Source: Convolutriloba macropyga (lineage: Eukaryota). Taken from it: DNA of 64,000 nucleotides. The notes under the pieces are model-generated. The model made no database searches. It was not told the origin of the DNA and saw nothing but the letters and a program-made list of their open reading frames with translations. Numbering within the stretch: the first letter of the stretch is position 1; every line of letters starts with the position of its first letter. The translations under genes and the position numbers were made by a program. The stretch is from contig NC_134475.1 in assembly GCF_964194025.1 (NCBI RefSeq), forward strand, positions 43,214,001 to 43,278,000, in the 5' to 3' direction. This document shows positions 23,530 to 36,749 of this stretch, in pieces.

Positions 23530-26500
23530 TTAATTGTTCCGACCCCTCTTGAGGGGGGGGGACTACATACTCAAATGGTTTTTTTTTGTTCAAACAATTT
23601 TGGCTGATCGATATATTCATCGTAGAGAGTTGAGACTGGTATCATTATAAAGCTTGTCCAGCGTAGAATATGGAATTTAATTTTTTTTTTCGTTTTTTAA
23701 AGGGAGTTATCGAGGTTTAAACTTTTGAGAAAATAAGAGTGAATTCCGCTGATTTTATTCACATTTTCCGCTATTTTTTGTAAAACTTTCAAAGAAAGTG
23801 TAGTTGAGTTTAATTTTAAAGACAAAAAATATTGTAGGCTATTTTTATTTAATTTCTCTGTCAAAACTCTGGCTAAATATTTCGAAATTCAGACTTTTTC
23901 ATCAAAAACAGCACGAAATAAGTTCCTTTAGTCCACTTTGATTAAATTTGCAGGATGTACACACCCAACACCACTAGCACAATCTCTGTAGACTCAAAGG
24001 GGGACAATTCCTACATCAACTTCCCTTGAGAGTGCTCCGTAATTAAAACTTCACCGTTTTTTGCTAACTTCACTCGTTCATTATCAAAAACGCAGCATTT
24101 ATTTTTGACTTTTTAACTGACAAAATATCTATATCTATAACATTTGAAAAATTAAGAGTTCTTAATGAACGAACAGCATTAGCAGAGCTAGTTTTGGACC
24201 AATCTTGGAGAAAAATTGGATTGTATTCAGTCGGTCTTTTTTTTATAAAATTCGATCTTTTTTATAAATAAATTAATTAACAGAACATTTCATATCGAAA
24301 CTCACTAGTGATGTCCAATTCGGTTCCTAATTAGCTCCAAATCATTCTATCTAGTTTATTACTTGAAAGCTTATGATCGTTTTGTCTTCTAAAAAATATT
24401 TGATTTTTAAGTAAATAATGGCTTATTGAACTTTGCCTCCATTTTTCTCTCAATTTGGTCAGCTTGTAGCACAGTGTCAGCAATGAAAGAATGCTTCGTC
24501 TTTCTACTGAACTCAAATTCAATCTTTGCTGCTGTTTTACACCTTAATTTATGGTTTTCTGGCTTTAATACTACTAGATTTCACATTTTTATTTTCAGGT
24601 ATTTTCCAATTTTTCACGTTTTCTAGTTTTGTCACATTAATATGTTATTGACAGTTCATATATCACATTATTGGCATTCAAAGTAAGGAACAATCGAAAA
24701 TATTAAAATCCTTAAGGATATAGACTCTGGTTTCAACGGCTTCGACAATACTTTCTCGAAGAGTTTAATTGAAATTTTTAATTTTGTCGTTAATGGTTGT
24801 TTTTACTTTGTATTTTTAGTCGTATGAAATTTCTGGTACAACGACCCAGTTTCATTGGCTTTTCATGGAAGAATAGATGGGCCGATATTGTGATATTAGT
24901 GGATAGCTGATGGCATTCATGACTTGAAAACAGTTGTTTTCCAAAATAAATACTTTTTAACTTCGCAATTTTGTTCCTTTTATTGTCTGTTTGCTACCTA
25001 GTCTCGTTAATTACAGGCCAAATACGACAAAATTGTTGTCAAGGAAAGGTGGCAAAGGGATTGCTGTCACAAAATCTGTAGACTCAAAGGGGGACAATTC
25101 CTACATCAACTTCCCTTGAGAGTGCACCATAATTAAAATTTCAACGTTTTTTGCTAACTTTACTCGTTGATTATCAAAAAGGGAGAACTTATTTTTGATT
25201 TTTTAACTGATAAAATATCTATATCTATAACATTTGAAAAAATAAATGTTCTAAATGAAGGAACAGCATTAGCAGAGCTAGTTTTGGTAAGATATATTAA
25301 TCTGGATAGTTGCAGGTCTCAAGGGCTGCCTTTGGAAGAAAAAACGAACCTATTTAATTAATTCAATTTGTAATTATTGGCTTTCATGTCTTAAGAAAAA
25401 ATTTTTTTTTTCGAAAAAAACAAGTATTACTTAATTTTGCCTTTTTGTCTATTTGTTAACTGGTTTCATTAATGAGAGATCACATATAACAATTTAAGTG
25501 TGCGAAGAAGCTGCAATCAAACATTTTGAGGGCCAAAGTCTGGCTTTACGGCTTCGAAAGCGTTTTCTGGCAAATTTGAACTGATTTTTTGTTTGTTGTC
25601 TATTTGTTGCTCTTTTTGTAACCGCATGAAAATTAAATACCGGCCGTTCTTAATTCCCGTCTTTAGAAATACTGATAATCGTAAACCTATGTGATATTTC
25701 AGTTGATTTCTAATGGTTTTCATCAATTCAAAAATAATTGTTTTTAAAAAAAAAATAGGCGAATTTTTCAAATTTACCGTTTTTGTTCGTTATTGTCTAA
25801 TTGTTACCAAGGCTTATTAAGGATTGGTCCCATATCTTTTCGAATGAATTATAACTTGCTTTGTTTAGTTTCAGTTTCATCTGAGGCTATCTTGACTTTG
25901 TTATTAAGTTTTGTTTTTTAAAACGGATGAAGTTTTTGATGTAATTAATGTTTGTAGTTGTTGTTTGATTTTGCTGTTCGTCTTGACTCGCTTTCTTAAT
26001 ATAGGCATATCTCATCAATCTAATGCAACATTTTACTCCACTGGGTTATTTGCTTTGGAGGCTATCTTTTCGTTCAAACACCAATTTCTTTTTGAAAAAT
26101 ACTTTGGAGTTTTCTATCTGTTCCTCATTTCGTAGAACATTATGCCAAAATTGTGAATGAGCGGGGTCGGAACCTTATGTGCGATCGCACATTACCGAGC
26201 CTCCTTGTTTACTTTTAGAATAAAATAGTTGCAGCGCCCTCGTATTTTTTTATTAATGTCTCATTGCAAATCACGCAGCATTAAAAAAGGGATAAAAATT
26301 AGGTACAAAGACACTATTCATAAGAGACGAAGTACTTGATTATATTCAACACAGCTTGAGGAAACTAATTGTTCCAAACTCTTGGGTAGAAATTAAATGT
26401 GGATAGATTTTTTTTAAAAGTCAATCTTAAAAAATTTTAGCGATACAAATATTTCGGGTACGTTGTACCATTGGAAAGCCCGTCGAGCATAAAATTATTC

Positions 26501-28440
26501 CATTAGAAGGGTTTAAATTAAATACCGACAGTTCTTAATTCCCGTCTTTAGAAATACTGATAATCGTAAACCTATGTGATATTTCAGTTGATTTCTAATG
26601 GTTTTCATCAATTAAAAAATAATTGTTTTTTAAAAAACAATAGGCGAATTTTTCAAATTTACCGTTTTTGTTCTTTATTGTCTAATTGTTACCAAGGCTT
26701 ATTAAGGACAGGTCCCATATCTTTTTAGTTGAATTACAATTTATTTTATTTAGTTTCAGTTTTATCTGAGGCTATCTTGACTTTTTTATTAAGTTTTGTT
26801 TTTTAAAACGGACAAAGTTTTTGATGTAATTAATGTTAGTAGTTGTTGCTTGATTTTTCTGTTCGTCTTGACTCATTTTCTTAATATAGGCATAACTAAT
26901 CAATCTAATGCACGATTTTACTCCACTGAGTTATTTGCTTTGGAGGCTATAATTAAAACTTCACCGTTTTTTGCTAACTTTACTCGTTGATTATCAAAAA
27001 CGCAGAACTTATTTTTGATTTTTTAACTGACAAAATATCTATATCTATAACATTTGCAAAAATAAGTGTTCTTAATGAAGGAACAGCATTAGCAGAGCTA
27101 GTTTTGGTAAGATATATTAATCTGGATAGTTGCAGGTCTCAAGGGCTGCCTTTGGAAGAAAAAACGAACCTATTTAATTAATTCAATTTGTAATTATTGG
27201 CTTTCATGTCTTAAGAAAATTTTTTTTTTTCGAAAACAAGTATTACTTAATTTTGCCTTTTTTGTCTATTTGTTACCTGGTTTCATTAATGAGAGGTCAC
27301 ATATAACAATTTAAGTGCGCGAAGAAGCTGCAATCAAACACATTTTGAGGGCCAAAGTCTGGCTTTACGGCTTCGAAAGCGTTTTCTGGCAAATTTGAAA
27401 TGATTTCTTGTTTGTTGTCTATTTGTTGCTCTTTTTGTAACCGCATGAAAATTAAATACCGACAGTTCTTAATTCCGATCTTTAGAAAAACTGATAATCG
27501 TGAACCTGTGTGATATTTCAGTTGATTTCTAATGGTTTTCATCAATTCAAAAATAATTGTTTTTAAAAAAAAAATAGGCGAATTTTTCAAATTTACCGTT
27601 TTTGTTCGTTATTGTCTAATTGTTACCAAGGCTTATTAAGGATTGGTCCCATATCTTTTCGAATGAATTATAACTTGCTTTGTTTAGTTTCAGTTTCATC
27701 TGAGGCTATCTTGACTTTGTTATTAAGTTTTGTTTTTTAAAACGGATGAAGTTTTTGATGTAATTAATGTTTGTAGTTGTTGTTTGATTTTGCTGTTCGT
27801 CTTGACTCGCTTTCTTAATATAGGCATATCTCATCAATCTAATGCAACATTTTACTCCACTGGGTTATTTGCTTTGGAGGCTATCTTTTCGTTCAAACAC
27901 CAATTTCTTTTCGAAAAATACTTTGGAGTTTTCTATCTGTTCCTCATTTCGTAGAACATAATGCCAAAATTGTGAATGAGCGGGGTCGGAACCTTATGTG
28001 CGATCGCACATTACCGAGCCTCCTTGTTTACTTTTAGAATAAAATAGTTGCAGCTCCCTCGTATTTTTATTAATGTCTCATTACAAATCACGCAGCATTA
28101 AAAAAGGGATAAAAATTAGGTACAAAGACACTATTCATAAGAGACGAAGTACTTGATTATATTCAACACAGCTTGAGGAAACTAATTGTTCCAAACTCTT
28201 GGGTAGAAATTAAATGTGGATAGATTTTTTTTAAAAGTCAATCTTAAAAAATTTTAGCGATCCAAATATTTCGGGTACGTTGTACCATTGGAAAGCCCGT
28301 CGAGCATAAAATTATTCCATTAGAAGGGTTTTCCGAATTTAGCTTTTTTGGGAACTCAACGGGAATGGAAGCTTTCTACTACATCGAATATTTTGGGGAT
28401 ATTATCCCATTAAGAATGCCAGTTTGAGGAAAACTTTTAA
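23530..28440. repeat. Unclassified T-rich repeat block with nested duplications inside the MCRIP-like intron
   Basis: 25130-26513 is nearly identical to 26951-28332 (period ~1820); 26514-26950 copies 25632-26063; 23980-24198 copies 25068-25287. Composition is T-rich, opposite to the A-rich HINE-filled regions. No matched TIRs found. Confidence 0.8.
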
Positions 28441-29512
28441 CCTATGCTCAATTTCTTGTTATTTTGAAATTAGTGTCGATACAGTTTATTATTATCATCT
28501 CTTTGCATATGATATTACACAAGCCCAGAAACTTCACCACTGAAAAAACTTAATAATCAAAGTCTAGAAGGCCACCATCTGTCCTCTTATCTTCCCTTGT
28601 GCTGGAGAAGCTGATTCGTTAGCGTCGGAAGCCATTCCGAGGTTGGCAGCAAAAATTAGCGACAAAAAAATACTTCTGACGTAATAACACACATATATAG
28701 ACAAAAATGCGCTTTTGCTTAGCTCCATACTCTGCCTTCTTAGCACAAGCGCAATGCCTTCTTAGCACAAGCGCAACGCGTCAGGGTCCTGTTGTTGACG
28801 CGTCCAATGAAACCATAGTATAAGAAGGACGGATGCAGTCTCAAGTCTTGATAATTTCTATTCAGATCTCTTGCACGTGTAAATATCTATTTTTACATTC
28901 CTCTTAAATTATCTCGGCTTTACTTCGCATGATTCCCTTGATGCTGACTACTGTCAAAATTTATATTTGCATAATGGGTACTCCATATGCATTAAGATAA
29001 TATGAGGGTCTACCTTTTTGGGGTTCCCTCTGGAAATTTTTGTAAAATTGTGTGTCGACCATCTATTCGCTTCTGTTTGGATGTTTTTAGAGATGATAAA
29101 AAAGAATTAAAGAAATAACTTCTCTCATCAGACAAGGCCGGATGGAATACCAATTTCTCTTTATGTAAACATGATTAACACACAAATTTTGCATGTAGAC
29201 CGTTCTTGACTGCTTTCGAGTTCTCTCTACCTTCGCTGTTTTGGCTCGAGAAGTTTTTGAGACGCATTATTGCTCTGCCTACTGCACATGCTCTTGACAT
29301 GCTCTATCAAGAACATTACAAAGTTCGTGGATAAGGAGTCCAAAAGATTAAAACTTTTGTTAGTTTTGGACTTTCCAAAGCTGCTTCGAGCAAAATTGGG
29401 ATTGTTCATGTTATTTTCTCAATGTTTTGAAACGCCAACAAAGACACACGTTTACAATAATTGCTATGAACTTCGTTCAAAAGCAATTAATAAATTAAAA
29501 CTAAAAAAAATG

Positions 29513-29705
29513 AACATAACCGACTAACGTCGAGCAAATTGCTCTCAAACAACCGGCGAGCAGTTGGCTTTGCCCGTAGCTAGCCACGTTTTAGTGAGGC
29601 TAGCTTTAGCATAATTGAAGGGACGTGAGGTGAGGGTAACAGAAAATGACATCACGCCACATAACAGTAGCTGAAGTGAGGCATCAACAAAAGAGTTAAG
29701 GAAAG

Positions 29706-29742
<37 letters not shown>

Positions 29743-30971
29743 GTGTGAGATAAAACGTCAACGAGAAAGAGAAGGAACGAAATCCCAACCGACAGAGAGA
29801 GGGAGAGAAATAGAGAGCTAGGAATATTTTCCATGATGAGATTCGACTCTGCAACTTCTAGCCTTATTAATTATTAAATCATATAGAAAAAACTAAAAGT
29901 GCACACTTGAAAAAATTTCCTCATTTCGCAGTGAAAAAATGTTCAAAAATGTTGGCCAGTAATGATCGTCAAACTCAGAAAAGGACAAAACATTCAAAAA
30001 TTTTAAAAGCAATTGCAAATTTTATCAAACTTTGCTAAAATTCGTGATATTAAAATCTTTAGATCCAATTCATTGTCTCAACAGAATATCCAAAACAGTA
30101 ACCCTATTTCAGGCCTTCAATAGTTTCACTGGCTCAAAGATCCATAAACTTGGAGCATGATATCATTTTTTGAAAATTTGAAAAAAAAATTAAGTTTTAC
30201 CAAAAATTGGTAAAACTCAAGTCATTAATCTTGATGACCATTCAATAAACTCAAGAAAACATTCAGCAGCTTATTAACAAAACTCGGAGGAGTTCCTGTT
30301 GCCGGAAAAAATAAAAAAAAATTCAAAAATATTCAAAAAACTTAAAAAAATTGCTTAAAATCGTGACATTGAAATCTTGAAAAACAATCCATTTCACCTC
30401 GAAACAATGCAGTATCCTATAATTAAACCCCTAGAGGAAGTTCCTTGGCACTTGAGGCTGGAGAAGCCTATCAAATGACAAATAATTTCAAAAAACTTGA
30501 AAAAACTTTTTCAAGCATAAATTTTTAAAAGCTTGAAACAAAATTGTGAAAATTAGTAATTTGCTGGTTTTGGTTTGGATTACCAAAACATATATCTCTT
30601 AAAAAGGTCATAAAAAGTACTAATGTCTTGCAAAAGACCTTTATCAACTTTAACTAGCCTCAAATTTTGTCTGGACCAACAAAAATTTCGAAAAATGACA
30701 AACAAAAAATTGCAACATTTTGGGCTCAAAAACTCCTAAAAATGAAACTACGGCCTTCCTGGTAGCTTCATCACACTAAGCACTTGAGGGACTACTAAAC
30801 GTGGCTAAGGACCTCTAATGAAACTTAAAGCCCGCTGGGCGCTACCTGATTATCCCGCTTTTAAGGACGAAAAGTCAAATGCCTCGACGAAAAATCGCTC
30901 AAGCGAAAAATCGCATAAAAAAAGACCAACAAGAATAATATATTTGCTACAAACTTCGTTTGAGAGCAATT
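29513..30971 (-). mobile_element. HINE family B, long form, with (GA)14 microsatellite at 29711-29738
   Basis: Family B termini (AACATAACCGACTAACGTCGAGCAAATTGCTCTCAAAC ... TTGCTACAAACTTCGTTTGAGAGCAATT); the interior resembles long family C. Confidence 0.8.
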
Positions 30972-31985
30972 AGTAAGTAATCACATACCAATCACAAAAT
31001 ACCAAAGTTTAAATTTGAAAACACGCCATCTAAACAATGAAAAGTAGACGTTTAAAAATTAGAAAAACAAAAAACAGATCCATCGCAAAAATGATTCTCA
31101 GAAATAAACAGCATAAGACACAAATGAAAATTTGAAAATTTCCTACAGCTAAACATCAGCAGAAACAAGAAAATGAAAACCGAAATCTTTCGATTCAAAA
31201 ATTGTACAGAATAAGTAATTCAATTTCTTCGTATAGTGAAAGATATCAAAACAGACTAAACTGAAAATTCTGCTAAACTTTCTGATTTCGGAATAGATTT
31301 TATAAAACCCATGTTTGATGTGAATTTTTTCTTTTGCAGATTAAATAAATTTTTCCACCCTTTTGATATTTGCCAGCGATTATGAATCGTCTTTTGTAGT
31401 AGTTTCAGACAAATCTGTCCAAAACTCTCAGGGTTGCTTTTCACACCACGAATTTATGTCTCTTCGGCAGCTTTAAAGAACCGCAGTAATAGAATAGTAC
31501 GGCTCAGAAACTTGACGCCCTTATACTGTGGTGTTACCATTTATATCATTTCTCAAGACAAAAAGTAACGAAATTTATCGGTCAGACGAAAAATCGAATA
31601 AAAATACCGACAGGACGAAAATAATTGCACCAAAATTGAGTAGCTTCGCAGGTAGACAGAGCAATCTGTCATATATACATTGTAAAACTGTACAATCGAC
31701 AGCAAATCAGCAACAACCATAAAATGCAGAAAACCACTTCACTTAAAAATTTCAGGCTGATCGATGCACGGATTCTGATTTCTATCCAACTGCCTCCAGA
31801 AAGAAAAGGCATTGCGAAACTGTGTGTCTGCACTCTATCGACGGGTCATTTTGAGAAGAAAAGAAGTCATTCATGACCAAACACTAATCACACAATTAAC
31901 CCAAAAATTATCTTTTGAGAAAAGCAGCTCCATCGGTCTATCGCTTCAACAGCCCTTATATTGAATCCTAGAACAACACACTAAC

Positions 31986-32419
31986 CTGAGCAGTTCAATG
32001 TAATGTTCGTGCTCTTTTGAGAAATTACAAGATTCCTGGCTTCTCTGAGACTCGAAGCGGACAAAGTTGTCACTCGGAGGGTAAGAACTCCCATTCTCAA
32101 ATGAAGACGATGGAGTTCCATTCATCGTTAGAATATCATCATCGTCTTCGTACAAATCCGATTGCGCATGTTTGCGTTCAGCTTCTGACAGTAATGGCGT
32201 CTTCTGTTGAATATTCGGGGCTGTGTGGTGACCATTGGACATATTTTGAGGTTGTTTGGAGTAATTATGCCTATGGATACCTTTAGTACTTTGGAACCCA
32301 GAACCCGAACCCGACTGATGGTAGGGGGTCTTTGGTCGCACTCGGTAGCTCCGACTTGCTGGCCCAGACAGCGCATTGGCATTGAACTGGTTTTGGTGCC
32401 GAGAGCTTGCTGAATTCAT
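31986..32419 (-). CDS. First coding exon of a putative MCRIP/FAM195-like protein (305 aa spliced; 8.5-kb intron 23482-31985)
   Basis: ATG at 32419; donor AG|GTTAGT at 31985. The spliced junction FSKEHEHYIELLRRNWQTAV resembles the FAM195 motif FTPAHEENVRFIYEAWQGV. The gene model is better supported than the family call. Confidence 0.65.
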
Positions 32420-33540
32420 ATCTTAAAATATCCGAGAGGTCACTTTTGCGCTCCTGTCTAATTTCTATGCAGCAGTTCACAAACAGAACTTGAAAGCTCT
32501 ATACGACAAAAGTTATTGAGCAATTGCAACGATTAGCTCAAAATGAAAGTGGCACCAATTTGCTTTGAAGAACAATTTAACAATGATAATCAGTTCAAGT
32601 ATTAAGGTCTCGTTTCGGTCAGAGCTGTAATTGAATGATAAAAACTTGGTTAAAATTGAGCTGCAACAAAATTTAATTAAACTAAATTGACTCGGTCAAC
32701 TGCGAAATGAATGCAATGAAGAAAAGGTCAAAAGATTTGAGTAGTAGAGCAGGACTGATATCGCGAAGGTCGGCTCATTAAACCAATATGACCCAGTAAT
32801 TTAAGTAGATATTTGTGTTGTGACCTGAGATCAAAGTTTTATTGATCAATATTACATACTCTATCTGAAATATCTACAGTTTGAGTACAATTAAGCGCCG
32901 AAGATTATCATACTTAGTCACAATATTTCAGTAACAACCTTTGGATCTACGATGATAACAAAGATAGAATAACGTTGCAAATAGGAGTATTGTGAATTTA
33001 ACTATAACACCAATTACAACGAACGTAATGCCATAACAAACCACGCATTTCTTGAAAAACTAAGTAGAGTTAATGGATGCTGATTTTCCTCCCGTCTTGA
33101 AAGGCGGATGCAGCATTTAGAGCAGTAACATTGGTTCATAAAAGTAGTGGGACTTAAATCACATTTTATTGAGCTAGCTGCCTGTTTCCTTTCGCCCTTA
33201 TTTTTCAAATTTCCTTTAAAATTATCAGAAACAAAATTTTGAAACGATGTATTTCAGACACAAGTATAGCCGACGATAGAAAATTATCAAATATATCTCA
33301 AATTTATTTTCCGCAATTTAAAATTAAACATAATTGTTAACAGCGTCAAAGATTATTGATGTGTGTTAGCCACAGAAAAACAAGCTCATTCGAAAAACTT
33401 CAATTCCGCACTGCTTTGATGACGGTTTTCAAATCCAAAAAAATGGTGGAAAAATTGATCTCGACGTTGCATTCAACAGGTAGACCGAAGGACTTCAAAT
33501 TTGGAGTTATACTCCCCTAATTAACTCAATGACTAGTAAA

Positions 33541-35653
33541 TCCTATATATTAAACGCGTGAGCTCTAAAATGGGACAAAAATTTTGCATGTTTAGGGTGC
33601 CTCTGGAAGCGCATGATTAAGAGCAGCATGGTTAATCGAACATATCGAGAGAGGTCGATAACCTAAAAGGCTAAAAGTATATGGGTGAGAACCGAAACTG
33701 TGACAAAATACTGTTATTCAGGTGCAGTCACCATGAGGCCGAGGGCTTTAAAATATGCTCCCCAGAGGGTGGATTTACTGTAGCCGGTACTACGTGTTTT
33801 TTAATTGCTCCCGAACGCAGTTTTAAGCATTTATTGTTAACGTGTTTTTCTGCAAATCTTTAGTTTTACAGATTCTGCGTTATTCTAGAACACTCTTTGC
33901 TTTCAACTAAGTTTTTTCACGCTTTACTGTTTGATTTTTGCGTGATCTCAGACGCTCTCCAATCTGAAATAGGTTTACTGATACGATGAAAGCAATTGTG
34001 ATAAACGGTGGCCAGTAGTGGTTATCGCGCAGTTAGTAAGATGGAGGAGTGCTATTCTGAGGGTCGAGGTTTCGAACCCGTGTCGGTTAACGTTCCCATT
34101 TGTAGACATGAAAATTTCCAATCAACACCATGCCGCCTGTTGTTCGAGAGCTATTCCTGCGACGCGAGTTGGTTTATGTTCCTGTGTAAGTTTGCGAGAT
34201 AAAAAAATGGTAATTCTATATATTAAACGAGTGAGCACTAAAATGGGACCCCTTTTGCATATTTAAGGGGCCGCTCGAAGCGCATGTTTAAGAGCCGCAT
34301 TGAGCAGCATGATTAATCGAACATATCGAGAGAGGTCAATAACGTAACAGGCTAAAAGTAGATTGGTGTGAACCGAACCTGGGACAAAAGACTGTTATTC
34401 ATGTGCAGTTACCACGAGGGTAAGCGGGCTTGAAAATGCTCCCCAGACGTTGGATTTACTGTCGCGAGTACTACGTATTTTTTAAAAGCTCCCGCACGAA
34501 GTTTTAAGTATTTATTGTAATCGTGTGCTTTTCTGCAAACATTTAGCTTTACAGATTCTGCGTTATTCTAGAACACTCTTAGCTTTCAGCTAAGTTTTTC
34601 CACGCTTTACTGTTTGATTTTTGCGTGATCTCAAAAGCTCTCCAATCTGAAATAAGTTTACTGATACGCTGAAAGCGAGGGTGATAAACGGTGGCCAGTA
34701 GTGGCTTTCGCGCAGTTGGGAAGATGCAGGAGTGCTATTCTGAGGGTCGAGGGTTCGAAACCTTGTCGGTTACCTTCCCTTTTGTAGACAGGAAAATTTC
34801 TTATCAACACCATGCCTGTGACGCGAGTCGTTTCATGTTCCTGTGTGTGTTTGGGGGACGAAAATTATAATTCTATATATTAAACGAAAGAGCACTAAAA
34901 TTAAAATGGGACCGCTTTTTGCATACTTAAGGGGCCTCTCGAAGTGCATGTTTAAGAGCCGCATTGAGCAGCATGGTTCAGCAAACACATCGACAAAGGT
35001 CAATGACCTAAAAGGCTAAAAGTAGATGGGTGAGAACCGAAACTGGGACTAAAGACTTATTCAGTTGCAGTTAACACGAGGCTATGAGGGCTTGAAAGTA
35101 TGCCCCAAGAGGGTGGATTTAGTGTCTTGGGTACTGTGTTTTTCAATTGCTCCCGAACTAAGACTGAAGTATTTGTTTTAAACATGTGTTTTTCAGCAAA
35201 ACTTTAGCTTTACATATTCTGCGCTATTCTAGAACACTATTAGCTTTCAACTAAGTTTTTTCACGCTTTAATTTGATTTTTGCGTGATCTCAAATGCTCT
35301 CCAATCTGAAATTTTATTTTTGATACGATGAAAGCGATTATGATAAACGGTGGTCAGTAGTGCTATATCGCAGTTGGTAAGATGGAGGACTGCTATTCTG
35401 AGGGTTGAGGGTTCGAACCCGCGTCGGGTACGCGAGTCGGTTTAGGTTCCTGTGTGCGTTTGGGGATTGAAAAAAGGTAATCCTGCATATTAAACGCGTG
35501 AGGTCTAATATGGGACAAAATTTTTGCATGTTTAAGGGACCTCTCAAGCGCATGTTAAGAGCCGCATTGAGCAGCATGGTTAAACGAGTTTATCGAGAGA
35601 GGTCAATGACCTAAAAGGCTCAAAGTAGATGGGTGAGAACCGAACCTGTGACA
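33541..35653 (+). repeat. Head-to-tail array of ~3.3 units (673, 657, 610 bp), each with a Helitron-like start and, in the full units, a tRNA-derived segment
   Basis: Units start at 33541, 34214, 34871 and 35481 with T(C/T)CTATATATTAAACG (unit 4 TCCTGCATATTAAACG). Units are clearly homologous but diverged. Confidence 0.85.
34007..34086 (+). other. tRNA-derived (SINE-head-like) segment, Ser(GCT)-like; further copies at 34690-34769 and 35349-35427
   Basis: A-box-like CGCGCAGTT(A/G)GTAAG, loop GA(C/G)TGCTATTC and B-box GG(G/T)TTCGAA(C/A)CC at tRNA spacing. The stems do not pair well and there is no long variable arm, so it is not a functional tRNA. Confidence 0.6.
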
Positions 35654-36749
35654 TCAATCATGAGTGTAAATGGACTCAGAAAACTTTAGGATCTGCATAC
35701 AATTACTCTACGAACGTTGGTCATCATCAAAATGAAATACGATTTGGGTCCATAAATCAATGACAATAAATTCACTGCCGATGTTTGTACACTTGAGATA
35801 ATAAAAAAGCAATTAAGCTATTCGGGCTCTACTCGATTATATCGTTTTCGTTGAACAGTCAAATTGGTCGGGCTACTAAAAATTGCATAGAAAGCAGCAG
35901 GACCCAAATAGCTACAAATTCTGTTCGAGAGCAAACAAAAACTTATGAACGTAATTTGAGGACTGCCTCTTGACGCTAATCTTCTCACAGATTTACCAAA
36001 ATCTATGAAAGTTTACATGACGTCTTCTTTCTATTTGGAAAACTTTTTGTGTTTTGGGACACATTCAATTCAGCTAAATTAGAAAGCGCGGAATACACAA
36101 TTCTCTTTAGCTAAGTAAAACATTCTTGGTGCTAGTCCCTCGACTACTAACCAACTTGTGGTACTCGTGTAACATTCATAATCCCAGACAGACGAAAACG
36201 ATTAAACTTTCATGTCCCTTTGAAATCGCTACTAATGTTCCAGAACACGTACTTTGGTCGGAATGCAAAACTTGCCCGGCGCAGATGACAAGACTTGTAA
36301 TCAATAAACTCTCAAACTGGAATCTAAGGTTCATATCATCTGCTGCATAATTCGAACACGTTCTATGAAAATAGAATAACGCTTTGTACCTAATAGAAGC
36401 ACATTTTCAAGGAATACAACCGTTCAAGTTTTTGCTGTAATTAACAATATTATTGAGCAAAGAAAGGCGACATTAAGTCATGATAATTACCAATCGAGAA
36501 CATGAAAAATTTTCAGTAATCGCGTTCAAAAAACTTGCTACATTTTCAGTCCATACCGCAACAATATTGCTTGCTGGCAAAAAATGATTAAACGCCAGTG
36601 AAATATATTACCATAAAATACAACTGATAAGCTCAAAAAGCAAAGTCAAAATTTGCATGTTTTATACAATTCCTGCTATATTTGCTCGTTGCCTTAAAAA
36701 TTCGGGGGTCATCTATCTGCTACTCAAATTTTTTAAAAAAAACGAAATT

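Noticed and set aside
25167-27954. Repeated short ORFs suggesting a gene family
   Set aside because: They arise from the ~1.8-kb duplication and show no recognisable motifs or splice structure.
28563-28870. Possible minus-strand mini-Helitron (TC...CTAG) with a 22-bp tandem duplication at 28733-28776
   Set aside because: No convincing 3' hairpin, the flank is not A|T, and it is single-copy in the window.
29040-29440. Possible integrase remnant (KTAKVERT-like)
   Set aside because: Similarity is too weak and the frame is full of stops.
34007-35427. Functional tRNA-Ser genes
   Set aside because: Acceptor and anticodon stems do not pair, there is no long variable arm, and the copies diverge freely.
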